Below the pieces are notes generated by a model that saw only the letters and a program-made list of their open reading frames with translations, searched no databases and was not told the origin of the DNA. A program made the position numbers and the translations under genes. Positions 51,354-60,886 of a stretch of DNA of 64,000 bases are shown here, piece after piece. Every line of letters begins with the position of its first letter. The stretch's first letter is position 1. This stretch comes from Planctomycetota bacterium (GTDB lineage: Bacteria; Planctomycetota; UBA8108; JACQVS01): positions 5,899 through 69,898 of the forward strand of contig JANQLS010000062.1 of NCBI GenBank assembly GCA_028280485.1, in the 5' to 3' direction.

Positions 51354-51612
51354 CAAGGGCTGTAAGCCCGCAACTTCATAGCCCAGGGCAGAGCGAAGCG
51401 TCGCCCTGGGTAAAGGTAGAGTCGAGCTCAAGAACAAAGCACTGTGGAGCGAGATTAACCTCTTAATTTTTAATGCAATAATCAACGGCATGAATTGCGA
51501 CTCAAGTCAATCCAAAAGCCAAGGGCTGAAAGCCCGCAACATTATAGCCCAGGGCAGAGCGAAGCGTCGCCCTGGGTTGAATTAGAGGAAAGAGCCAAGC
51601 CCTGTAAGGGCG
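51354..51612. repeat. two 58-bp direct repeats of a palindromic element (family B)
   Basis: CAAGGGCTG(T/A)AAGCCCGCAAC-N3-ATAGCCCAGGGCAGAGCGAAGCGTCGCCCTGGGT at 51354-51411 and 51520-51577, plus GCCCTGTAAGGGC near 51600. Confidence 0.88.
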
Positions 51613-51800
51613 GCAGTATTTGAAACACGTTTAAATTGGCTGCATCTTTCTAAGATCAACGATCAATGCATCTGAATATCTATTGATTTTAGTTCTTAAT
51701 TCTAAGAAGCTATCTCCTCACTTATCACAACATCAAAACCAGTTAGTGGGAAATCACTTCTCCGTCGGTAATTCCCGACCCACATATTGAATATTTCAGA

Positions 51801-53600
51801 ATGAAAAAATTCATTTTCGGACTCACTATTTTCTTCCTAGCATCTTTCGTCGGACTGTATCTAATCCTCGGATACATCAAGAAGGATGAACGTGATTTAA
51901 GTACAAAGGAAATCAATTCGAGGGATACAGAAGGTAATTTAAAGACACATATAAAAGAATTAACTGCTGAGGAAGAAATCAAATTAAGAAATTCGAGGGA
52001 AGGGAAAATCTTATTTCCATTTTTGGACAATCGTGAGCCCACTGTATCTTATAAACAACGCCATAAGCTCTTTCAAGAATGGGGTGATTCAGCTCTTCCA
52101 AACTTAAAGAAAATAGCTCTCATGGTAAAAAAGCAAGAATCAGCATACCATGTTCACTTTGTATTTCTTTCCATAGGCACATTAGAAGCTTACCGAGTCT
52201 ATTTAGAAGTTTTATATGAACGCTGCCTGATCCCTCAAAATAAACAAAGTGAGGAATCCTTAGAAGCCCTAAACTTATTTCGTTCAAATAGAGAAGAATT
52301 CTTTACAAAGGTCAAAGAACAATTTTTTAAAGCGAAAGATTCAGATCGAAAAGAGTTCATTCAACTAGCTCTAAAGGGAATACAACTTGAAGATCCTACT
52401 TTCAGATTGGGATTCTTGTATCTTCTTGGAGAATTTAAAGCCAGAGAAACCACAACTCAGGTCATTGATTACTTTAATAAATACGAAAAAAATTTAGACA
52501 AACACTATCAAGTCTTAGCCCCAACAGTACTCGGTTTAATTGGGGGAGCAAAAGCTGAGCAATTCTTAATCGAATTGCTTCATTCAGACTTAAAGGTAGC
52601 AAAAAGCGCAATTTCTCCACTTGGAGACCTTGGTACAAAAAAAGCACTTGCTGAATTTATAAAGAGGGTAGCTTCTACTTCCGACAACTGGGAACAAGGC
52701 AGATGGCTGAATGCATTCAGTGGCTCCGTAGACAACTCATGCGAAGATGTTTTAATTAAAATTGCCTCTCAGGAAGGAGGCAGTCAACATTCTGCCATTG
52801 GATTACTCGGACAGCTTACTACTCAGAGCTCAGAAGATTTCATTATTAAATGGGGGATACAACAGTTCAAAGAAGATCCAGATGAATACTCGACTTTTTT
52901 AAGAGTGCTAAGAGAAAGGAAAATCAATAACCCTCGAGTGATTTCGTTTTTAAAAACTATCTTGGATGCTCCTAACTTTAAATTCGATGAAGATAAATTC
53001 GCGGAACACTCCAAAGGTTGGACCGCCGAAAGAAAGGAGAGTGTTACTGCCAAGCTGAAACAAAACGCGATCAATCGTTCAATCAGGAGAAGGATAACCG
53101 TCTTAGGAGTTTTAGGAGACACCGGGACTCCAGAAGCTATCAACATGGCGCTCCAAGGTTTTGTGAGTTCAGAAATCTTTGGGCCTAAAAACATTAAGTA
53201 CCTATTCAATTGGCCGTTTGTCAGAACCGACATAGATCTTTTATCTAAACTCACTACCGCTCAGATTAAAAACAAAACACTCCCTCCCGAAATCGGGGCT
53301 GTCATATTGATAAAATCGAATCCTGAGTCAGAAACCATCTCGAAAGCCTACAAAGAGGCCCTCATCTATGCCTTGAGTTTCAAAAAAGGCATCAGCGAGC
53401 ATTTCGACTACTCTGGGCACTTTAGCCAAAAACGTTTCAAATTGATAATATCCGATGCGGATATTGCTTTATCACTCGCCACAAATTCAAAGGGCGCACC
53501 AGCGAAAAAGATTATGTCTTTTAGGAGAGCTATAAGGGAGAGTGATTACCCAAAAAACATCAAAGACCAAATCGAAGAAGAACTCTCAAAATTAAAATGA
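51801..53600 (+). CDS. membrane-anchored HEAT-repeat protein (paralogue 2)
   Basis: MKKFIFG plus TM segment; colinear similarity to 49427-51133 (WGxxALPNL, LxEFK, LGxIGGxxAExFL, DxSCE, GTPE). Confidence 0.8.
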   Translation: MKKFIFGLTIFFLASFVGLYLILGYIKKDERDLSTKEINSRDTEGNLKTHIKELTAEEEIKLRNSREGKILFPFLDNREPTVSYKQRHKLFQEWGDSALPNLKKIALMVKKQESAYHVHFVFLSIGTLEAYRVYLEVLYERCLIPQNKQSEESLEALNLFRSNREEFFTKVKEQFFKAKDSDRKEFIQLALKGIQLEDPTFRLGFLYLLGEFKARETTTQVIDYFNKYEKNLDKHYQVLAPTVLGLIGGAKAEQFLIELLHSDLKVAKSAISPLGDLGTKKALAEFIKRVASTSDNWEQGRWLNAFSGSVDNSCEDVLIKIASQEGGSQHSAIGLLGQLTTQSSEDFIIKWGIQQFKEDPDEYSTFLRVLRERKINNPRVISFLKTILDAPNFKFDEDKFAEHSKGWTAERKESVTAKLKQNAINRSIRRRITVLGVLGDTGTPEAINMALQGFVSSEIFGPKNIKYLFNWPFVRTDIDLLSKLTTAQIKNKTLPPEIGAVILIKSNPESETISKAYKEALIYALSFKKGISEHFDYSGHFSQKRFKLIISDADIALSLATNSKGAPAKKIMSFRRAIRESDYPKNIKDQIEEELSKLK

Positions 53601-53635
53601 GAAATTAGTATATTCCTGAATTACAATCCCCACCC

Positions 53636-54748
53636 ATGAACCCAACCACCCACCAAATTCACTTCAACACCGCGGAAGACATGTCACCCTTAGCCGATGC
53701 CAGCGTGCAATTGGTGGTGACGTCACCTCCTTACCCAATGATCGAAATGTGGGATGGGATCTTTGGGGAACAAGACTCTGAAATTGAGAAAAGTCTTGAG
53801 GCGGGGGAAGGCTACAGAGCCTTCGAAGCGATGCACCAAATTTTGGATCGCGTTTGGAGTGAATGTGAACGCGTCCTCGCTCCGGGAGGCATCGCGTGTA
53901 TCAATATTGGGGACGCAACCCGTACGATCGATTCGAAATTTGAGCTCTATCCCAATCATTCTCGAATTCAGACGGCTCTCCTGAAACTGGGCTTTTCAGT
54001 TCTACCCGGTATCTTATGGAGAAAACCTACCAACGCTCCCAACAAGTTCATGGGATCGGGGATGTACCCACCGGGAGCCTACGTCACTTTAGAACACGAA
54101 CACATCTTGGTCTTCCGAAAAGGAAATAAGAGAGTCTTTAATTCAGAAAAAGAAAAAGAGAATCGACGCCAAAGCGCTTACTTCTGGGAAGAGCGCAATT
54201 CTTGGTTTTCAGACGTCTGGTTCAAGCTCTTGGGAACTCGCCAGGATCTTCTCAATCCCAAGTTGAGAGCCCGTTCTGCGGCTTACCCCTTCGAACTTCC
54301 ATACACATTGATTCAAATGTTCTCTGTCATGGGAGACACCGTCCTGGATCCTTTCTTGGGGCTCGGAACCACTCAGTTCGCTGCGATGGCAACAGGAAGA
54401 AATAGCGTTGGCTTCGAAATCGATCCAAAACTGAAAGAGAGCATCGAAAGTAGCCATGCCCCCTTGCCCGATTTTGCCCAATCTTTAGTTCGAGGTCGCC
54501 TGGAAGAACACACCAACTTTATAAAGCAACGGTTCGAGAAGAAGGGGGCTTTTAAATACTCCAGTCGATACTATGAGTTCCCAGTTGTAACAAGGCAGGA
54601 AATCGAAATTCAATTTCCTGTTCTCGAAAAAATTGAAGGAACCAGTAAAGAAAAGTTCATCGCTGAATATACACATTCCTTAGCTTGGCAAACCGACCTC
54701 ACCCAAGATTGGGCTTCTTTTATGAAGGAAACGGAGACGACCGAATGA
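53636..54748 (+). CDS. site-specific DNA methyltransferase, beta class (N4-C or N6-A)
   Basis: Motif IV VVTSPPY precedes motif I VLDPFLGLGTT; EHEHILVFRK. Confidence 0.92.
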   Translation: MNPTTHQIHFNTAEDMSPLADASVQLVVTSPPYPMIEMWDGIFGEQDSEIEKSLEAGEGYRAFEAMHQILDRVWSECERVLAPGGIACINIGDATRTIDSKFELYPNHSRIQTALLKLGFSVLPGILWRKPTNAPNKFMGSGMYPPGAYVTLEHEHILVFRKGNKRVFNSEKEKENRRQSAYFWEERNSWFSDVWFKLLGTRQDLLNPKLRARSAAYPFELPYTLIQMFSVMGDTVLDPFLGLGTTQFAAMATGRNSVGFEIDPKLKESIESSHAPLPDFAQSLVRGRLEEHTNFIKQRFEKKGAFKYSSRYYEFPVVTRQEIEIQFPVLEKIEGTSKEKFIAEYTHSLAWQTDLTQDWASFMKETETTE

Positions 54749-54842
54749 GCAAAACAAGCCCTCTGGATATCTTGAAATGCCTCATTGATTATCGTGGAGA
54801 GGTCAATTAAACTCTTCCTGAGTTCTACTTAACTCCTTCAAA

Positions 54843-54914
54843 GCCCCCGTAGTTCAACGGATAGAATATAGGTTTCCTAAACCTGAGATAGAGGTTCGAT
54901 TCCTCTCGGGGGTA
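54843..54914 (+). tRNA. tRNA-Arg(CCT)
   Basis: Cloverleaf: acceptor GCCCCCG/CGGGGGT, D arm GTTC...GAAT, anticodon stem TAGGT/ACCTG with loop TTCCTAA, T arm AGAGG-TTCGATT-CCTCT; CCA not encoded. Confidence 0.95.
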
Positions 54915-55011
54915 CTCCTCTCCTCACCTAAACGATCACTTCAAAATGGATCTTTCTACAAATGATGCTTCCTGGTGGAAGTGAACTTTTAGAATAATTT
55001 ATTTTCCAACC

Positions 55012-55039
55012 TTTCAAGCCCGAAGCTTTGGCGAGGGAT
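55012..55039. repeat. single REP arm, family A
   Basis: TTTCAAGCCCGAAGCTTTGGCGAGGGAT; no partner arm seen. Confidence 0.75.
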
Positions 55040-55803
55040 CACCACTTGGAAGGCGAGAATCCCCTCTGGAAAAACCAGTATCTAATACGGGCTCAATGGA
55101 GCTAAAGCCTGAAAAATATTCAGACTCTTAGGGTTAGGGTTATCCGTAGTCCCAATTTCATTTTTTCCAATAGAGAAAACTTTGACGCCAAGTCGTTTTA
55201 CATTGAAAATCTTGGAGTGAGGGACTGCGCTAAAGGGAAATTCAAACCAGCCAGTGTGAGCCTTCCGTCTATCCACAATTCTAAAATCTCCGAACTCTCT
55301 GGTGAATACCAGAAAAGCAAACCTAGAAGGAGCTACAAGCCTCGTGGACAATTTATTCTAAAGACTTCTAAATTAATGATTTAGACTGAATAAGTTTCCA
55401 TTTATGCTCGTCGTAAATGAAACATAGACTTTAGAATGAACCCTCCAACTTCTTCATTGAGATGGGTCGAGATTTAACTGAGTGAGTGAGGATACTGGAT
55501 TCACTCCTAGGGATAGAATCCAAAATTCCTCCTGGAACTAGCTTCGATACTTCCCCGTTATTTATGGTAAGATCAATGGATTCAAAGATTTAGAAGGAGC
55601 TTCAGCTTTCTGATTCCCCGAGTAGAATCGGAGTTTAAGTTCAGCGAGAAGCGATCCCTAATTCTAAAATCTAAGACAACAACGCGGTTGGTGGTGGGTT
55701 GGGCGCGAGCGGAAATTAAAACTATAGGGATTTTCCATTTAGAATTTCCCGAGTCAGTCACTTCAAATTTGGGTTTTTCCCAAGATCAATAAAGGTCTCA
55801 ACC

Positions 55804-57054
55804 ATGCAAAGAATACTAAGTTTCACCTTTGCTTTCTTATTGTTGTTCCAAGGTCTAAGTACGGCCAAAGAGGTCAAGTCCTCGGATGTGAGTAAGTATA
55901 AAAAGCGCTTAGCCGTTCTCGTTAAGGGTGAACGGGTTGATGCTCTTTACCAATTGATTGTTGAGATCAGCAACCTCGACAACGAAAAGGTCGCCGTTCT
56001 GCTTCCTCCTGCCGGAACTCTCGTTCCCAACTTCAAGAATTACCAAGCTGCCGTTAAAGGTATCGCTAAGTTGAAGAATGAAAAGGCCATCGAAGCTCTC
56101 AATAAAATTTTGGCGAAAAAGAGCGGAGATTTCCGGGCCAAGGTTTTAATCATCGAGGCCTACGGGCAGCGTAAAGATGAGCTGAGTGGTAACGCCATCG
56201 TCGAACGGATCGACAAGACGGTGAGCCACATCAAAGTCTCAGCCATTCGTGCCGCAAGAACTCGCAAATTCAAAAATGCCATCCCCGCACTCATCAAAAC
56301 AGTTGAGAAACACTGGGGGGCTCGTGATCGCGAATTCTTTGAAGCCCAAATGGCGCTCATCGATATGACCGGGCTCAACTTCGAAAGTATCGACGACTGG
56401 AACAAATGGTGGGAAGCTTCGAAAGACAGCTTCGATCCAACTAAGGTTAAGAAAAAGGGTTCTGGAACATCGATCGAAATTAAGAAGGCCGAAGATTCGG
56501 TAGAATTCTTCGGCAAAGAGGTCTTCAGTAAAAACCTTCTCTTTATTATCGATGTATCAGGAAGTATGCGAGCTAAAGACCCTTCAGATCCTGACAACAC
56601 TCGCTTGGAACGAGCAAAAGCTCAATTGAACAAAGCGGTTAAACGCCTCAGAAGAGGTACGAAATTCAATATCATCGCCTACTCCAATACCGTGAGATCT
56701 TGGCAAAAGAAGATGCAGATCTCTAAAAAGTCAGCACTTAAAAAAGCCTCTGACTTCGTTAAAGGACTGCAACCGATCGGCTTGACTCACACCGACGATG
56801 CGATCGAAAAAGCATTTCAAGATATTCGAGTCGACACCATTATTCTTCTCAGCGATGGAGTTCCCGCCAAACAGAACCAACAAAACCCTCAAGTTCTGAT
56901 TGAGAAGATTCTCAAATGGGTTAAAGACAACAACTCCAGTCGTAAAATTAAAATCGACACCTTCGGATTTGAAGGAGGAGGCGCCGGTGGCTTAGGTGGT
57001 TTCTTAAAGAAACTCGCCGAAGATAATGGTGGAACTTATAGCCCCATTCCATAA
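55804..57054 (+). CDS. secreted HEAT-repeat + VWA domain protein
   Basis: Signal peptide, HEAT-like helices, MTGLNF...WNKWW, VEFFG, MIDAS DVSGS ... T ... LSDG. Confidence 0.9.
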   Translation: MQRILSFTFAFLLLFQGLSTAKEVKSSDVSKYKKRLAVLVKGERVDALYQLIVEISNLDNEKVAVLLPPAGTLVPNFKNYQAAVKGIAKLKNEKAIEALNKILAKKSGDFRAKVLIIEAYGQRKDELSGNAIVERIDKTVSHIKVSAIRAARTRKFKNAIPALIKTVEKHWGARDREFFEAQMALIDMTGLNFESIDDWNKWWEASKDSFDPTKVKKKGSGTSIEIKKAEDSVEFFGKEVFSKNLLFIIDVSGSMRAKDPSDPDNTRLERAKAQLNKAVKRLRRGTKFNIIAYSNTVRSWQKKMQISKKSALKKASDFVKGLQPIGLTHTDDAIEKAFQDIRVDTIILLSDGVPAKQNQQNPQVLIEKILKWVKDNNSSRKIKIDTFGFEGGGAGGLGGFLKKLAEDNGGTYSPIP

Positions 57055-57084
57055 TGGAGCACCTCTGAACGCTCGATTAATAGC

Positions 57085-57130
57085 TAAAAAAGCAGGAGTA
57101 AATTCAGTAGAATTTACTCCTGCTTTTTTA
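57085..57130 (+). terminator. rho-independent terminator
   Basis: TAAAAAAGCAGGAGTAAATTC-agta-GAATTTACTCCTGCTTTTTTA. Confidence 0.9.
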
Positions 57131-57288
57131 TGCTTGTAGACCTTTAATTCAAATCATTGCAATTTTGATAACCATTATTATAAATTATCTTTTATATATA
57201 TCATCATTAGGCGTTGAACGTGGGCTATAGATCCTACCGATTTCGCATTAAAGAAAACTGAAAGCATTGATTCAAAAGAAACGGTTAA

Positions 57289-58218
57289 ATGATTTTATTA
57301 AGTCTAATGGCTCAAAGCTCCTTCAATCTATCCACTGGATTGATATGGAAGCTAATTGCCATAATCCTCATCTCTATAAGCTTGCTTAGCCTTAAAAAAA
57401 CCAATGTCAGTACAAAGTGTGTGTTGGCATTAGCAATGGTACTCGCAGGATATCTAATCCCTGTTGTAGACGGGTGGCCTATAAGCTTAACCTTAACACT
57501 GGGAATAATAAAGGTAGCTTTATGGTTAATGGGGGGGGGATTAGCTATTAAGGGTCTCGTTGAGATCAACGCAAATCCAAAGTTAACCGCGGGGAAAAGT
57601 TCAGGCTGGAGCGCAATTGTTATATCGATAGTTTTATTACTTCTTTTTGGAAGAGGATTCATCTTGGGCTTCCAGCGTGGATTTAATTCGACTCAACTCC
57701 ATTTGTTAGAACAAAAGGATTCTTACGAGTTCGAAGACTTTAATTTAATGATCAACCTGCCTGAAGATTTCCTCAATCGAGATCCCAAAAAACTTAGTCC
57801 TGAACCATCCATTATCTTTTTTGCCTCGAAAAAGAATTCGTCCCTCGGCATTCTTGTTATGGCAGAGAAGCTAGGAGTTGAATACGAAGTTGACTATCCG
57901 GAGGCTGCTCAGACCATCGCTCAAAAAATGGAAAAATCGACCCAAGGCAAGGTCAGGATGATCTCTGATCCAAAACTCGTTAATACAGCCCAATTTCCTG
58001 GAATTCAATTCAAGTTCATTAATGAAATTCCTAAAAAACCCTACATAGGAACCAACTGGATCGTTTTCTCAAACGGATATGTTTATCAATGTCGGGTCAC
58101 TGGGTTAAAGGAAATTGAGAGCGAGGTTCTTGAGGCCTCGAAAACCCTGATTGAAGGACTCAGTCATTTGGACAAACTCAAAGAGTACAGTGATCCCAAT
58201 CCCACTTTCGATGAATAG
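57289..58218 (+). CDS. hypothetical membrane protein (about four N-terminal TM helices plus a soluble domain)
   Basis: Hydrophobic N-terminal half; C-terminal domain resembles the N-terminal domain of the next gene. Confidence 0.75.
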   Translation: MILLSLMAQSSFNLSTGLIWKLIAIILISISLLSLKKTNVSTKCVLALAMVLAGYLIPVVDGWPISLTLTLGIIKVALWLMGGGLAIKGLVEINANPKLTAGKSSGWSAIVISIVLLLLFGRGFILGFQRGFNSTQLHLLEQKDSYEFEDFNLMINLPEDFLNRDPKKLSPEPSIIFFASKKNSSLGILVMAEKLGVEYEVDYPEAAQTIAQKMEKSTQGKVRMISDPKLVNTAQFPGIQFKFINEIPKKPYIGTNWIVFSNGYVYQCRVTGLKEIESEVLEASKTLIEGLSHLDKLKEYSDPNPTFDE

Positions 58219-58293
58219 GGTTTTGATTATAAACACCGACATCATTTCAAAAAGTAGAAGTGATGTCCATCTAAACGAATTTGTAGCAAACCA

Positions 58294-60156
58294 ATGATAA
58301 TCAATCCAAGAACTCTGATCGGTTTATTAACTCTCATCCTTTTCAATTCGCAGATTCTTTATGGCTTTCCTCAGGATGACTCAAATAAAACCAAGGTCGT
58401 TAAATCTAAAAAATACAACTATTTGATCGAAATCCCTGTCTCCCTCAGTTACGACGAGAACCAAAAAGAAGCGGAGGCATTCAATGCGACCAGAGCGAAT
58501 CCTTACCTCGAAGTGATGGTGTTTACCGACCTCAGGGGAATTGAAAGTGAAATCAATGCCAAAGACTTAGCTCAACACATCATCAATGAATTCAAAAAAA
58601 CTTTTAAGAAAGAACAAAAGGCCAAGCTCAAAGAAAAAACTATTAATGGCCTCAAGGGATTTGAATTTTCACTGGAAGGAGATTTAACCGGAACTCCGAT
58701 GATTCTTCATTATTGGGTATGCTGTCACAATGGATTTCACTATAGAGTCATCGTCCAGGGTGAATCTAAAAGAATTAAAGAATTGGAAAAAGAGAAAGAA
58801 AAAATCCTGTCGACTTTCAAACCTCTTGATCCTAAGAAAATACAACACATCGACAAGGAGAGATTATTCGGGCTCTATAAATCAAAACACTTTGGCTTTG
58901 AAATTGATTTAAGAAAAACCCAATGGATCAAAAAGGAAAAAGCCAGCCGGAAAATGAATGGTGAAATTCATGGGATCTATAGCGATCAATACTTTTTTAT
59001 CTTCACCCCACTCTATGTAGGGGACTTAGGGGCTGCTTCTGAAAACATCCAAAAGGCTCTTCTTCAATGGCATCAACGAGCGTACGTTATTGAAAGAAAA
59101 ATTTTAAAAACCGGCACCCTGAATGAAATGAAATGGAACATCCGTGAATTGGTACATTTCATCAATGACCGGCAATTAAAAACCAGATACACCATCTTTT
59201 TAGGGAAAGACGTGGCTTACTTAGCGAGCTTTCATGCATTCCCATCCCCCAATGGAAATTTTGAAGGCTTCGAAGAAGCCGCAGACTCCTTTTTCAAAGC
59301 TATAAAAGTCCCGCAAGGTGGTAAATATAATATTAATCGAAGTCAATTAACCCCCTCAGAACTACACTTTCAATCGATGATGGTGAATGTTCTCGGAGTC
59401 TTCGCTTTCCAAAGAGGAGAATTTCAACAGGCGATAAAGTTTTTTGATGTAGCTATTCGGCACCAACCTCACAATGCGCAATACGTCATCAATAAAATGT
59501 TTACTCACAATCGCCTGGGTCAACACGAAGAAGCAGCTAAATTTTTCGATCAACCCAATCTTCCGGACTGGAAAAACAATGAACTCGACTCCTGGAAAGC
59601 TTTCCACTTTTACAGAAGCTTTCGTCATGATGAAGCGAGCAAGGTCTACGAAAGCCTCTTCAAACGAGGCTATCGTAATGACGGGGCATTTCACGCTTAC
59701 CTCTCCATACTTACGTTCAACAAAGAATGGAAGACCGCCTACAAGGCTTTAAAAGCCTACTCCAATAAAAACAATACGGAGATGATTCAAACTCTCTGGG
59801 CCGATACCAAGTTCACCGAAGGAAAAAAAGAAGAGGCTCACCAGCGTTTAGATGCACAGCTTAAAAAGAACTTTTCAATCGATGTGGCTCTCATGAAGTT
59901 GGGCTTCTACCAGAGAGATAACGATTACAAATCAGCACACAAAAAGGTTCAGGAATTTATTAAGGCCAAACCTCGACTCCCCATGCTCTATCGAGAAAAA
60001 GCTGATATAGAGAGAAGCCTAAAAAGAATTCCCGATGCGATTCAGTCGATAAAAAAAGCAATCGAGTTAGATCCCAAAAATGAAGGCTATAAAGCCTTCC
60101 TCAAGCATTTAGAAGAACGAAAGAAGAGCCAAGAATCTGAAGAAGAATCTTCTTAA
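58294..60156 (+). CDS. secreted tetratricopeptide-repeat protein
   Basis: Signal peptide; C-terminal TPRs (LGVFAFQRGEFQQAIKFFDVAIRHQPHN; AIQSIKKAIELDPKN). Confidence 0.82.
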   Translation: MIINPRTLIGLLTLILFNSQILYGFPQDDSNKTKVVKSKKYNYLIEIPVSLSYDENQKEAEAFNATRANPYLEVMVFTDLRGIESEINAKDLAQHIINEFKKTFKKEQKAKLKEKTINGLKGFEFSLEGDLTGTPMILHYWVCCHNGFHYRVIVQGESKRIKELEKEKEKILSTFKPLDPKKIQHIDKERLFGLYKSKHFGFEIDLRKTQWIKKEKASRKMNGEIHGIYSDQYFFIFTPLYVGDLGAASENIQKALLQWHQRAYVIERKILKTGTLNEMKWNIRELVHFINDRQLKTRYTIFLGKDVAYLASFHAFPSPNGNFEGFEEAADSFFKAIKVPQGGKYNINRSQLTPSELHFQSMMVNVLGVFAFQRGEFQQAIKFFDVAIRHQPHNAQYVINKMFTHNRLGQHEEAAKFFDQPNLPDWKNNELDSWKAFHFYRSFRHDEASKVYESLFKRGYRNDGAFHAYLSILTFNKEWKTAYKALKAYSNKNNTEMIQTLWADTKFTEGKKEEAHQRLDAQLKKNFSIDVALMKLGFYQRDNDYKSAHKKVQEFIKAKPRLPMLYREKADIERSLKRIPDAIQSIKKAIELDPKNEGYKAFLKHLEERKKSQESEEESS

Positions 60157-60172
60157 ACGAGCGACAGAAAAA

Positions 60173-60883
60173 CTACTTCCGCCCCAACTCGTTTTCAAGA
60201 ATGACAATCTTCTGCCAAATCTTGCGGGATAAGCCCGTAGTTAAATTTTCGATCTCATTGACAATGCTGATAGCGACGGGATCGTCGAAATCCTGAGCGT
60301 AGATCGCAGCCAGCTTGCCGGTTAAGGAAAGCATTTCTCCACAGTAATCTAAATAGCGATTGAGCAGAAACGGAGTGAGATCCCGCTTGGGAGAGGAAGC
60401 CGTATCGGATCCAGGATGGAGGATACTTTCGGGATCTTTTGTCAATTGATGCATATCGATGATATGAGCCACCGCCCGCAGGTGGTGGAGAGCTCCCACC
60501 GCTCTTTTCCTCTTAATTCTGTTTTCGACGGTAATTAAAAACAGAATTAAGATCCCTAAATAAACAACAATATTCAAGCTGGGCTCGACGAATTGAATCA
60601 GGGTGTCGAGACTCCAAGATTGAGTGGACATCTTCATCGTAAAGACGACGACGACCAAACCGGCAATAATGAGAGCGATTAAAAAAACAACGCCAACTCG
60701 AACGGCCAAAATCGGCTGTGAAATATACCGCGCTGTCTTGTGGGTATCTTCCGCGAGTTGGGATAGTCCGCTGCAGACATTACTCAAACCCGATTCTGGA
60801 AATCGCTCATCAATTCGGTGGTTAAGCCTTGTCAGAGTTTTATGAATCTCGTTCGGGTCGAGGCGATTGATGCGATCGGGCAC
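60173..60883 (-). CDS. hypothetical membrane protein (two TM helices)
   Basis: Two hydrophobic segments; motif-like RIDERFPESGL, AHIIDMHQLTKDP, RYLDYCGEML, LSRKIWQKI; 3 nt after the SPFH gene. Confidence 0.8.
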   Translation of the reverse strand: MPDRINRLDPNEIHKTLTRLNHRIDERFPESGLSNVCSGLSQLAEDTHKTARYISQPILAVRVGVVFLIALIIAGLVVVVFTMKMSTQSWSLDTLIQFVEPSLNIVVYLGILILFLITVENRIKRKRAVGALHHLRAVAHIIDMHQLTKDPESILHPGSDTASSPKRDLTPFLLNRYLDYCGEMLSLTGKLAAIYAQDFDDPVAISIVNEIENLTTGLSRKIWQKIVILENELGRK

Positions 60884-60886
60884 TTT

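Noticed and set aside
49140..55100. Integrative element or prophage at tRNA-Arg
   Set aside because: No integrase, no duplicated tRNA end and no phage genes seen.
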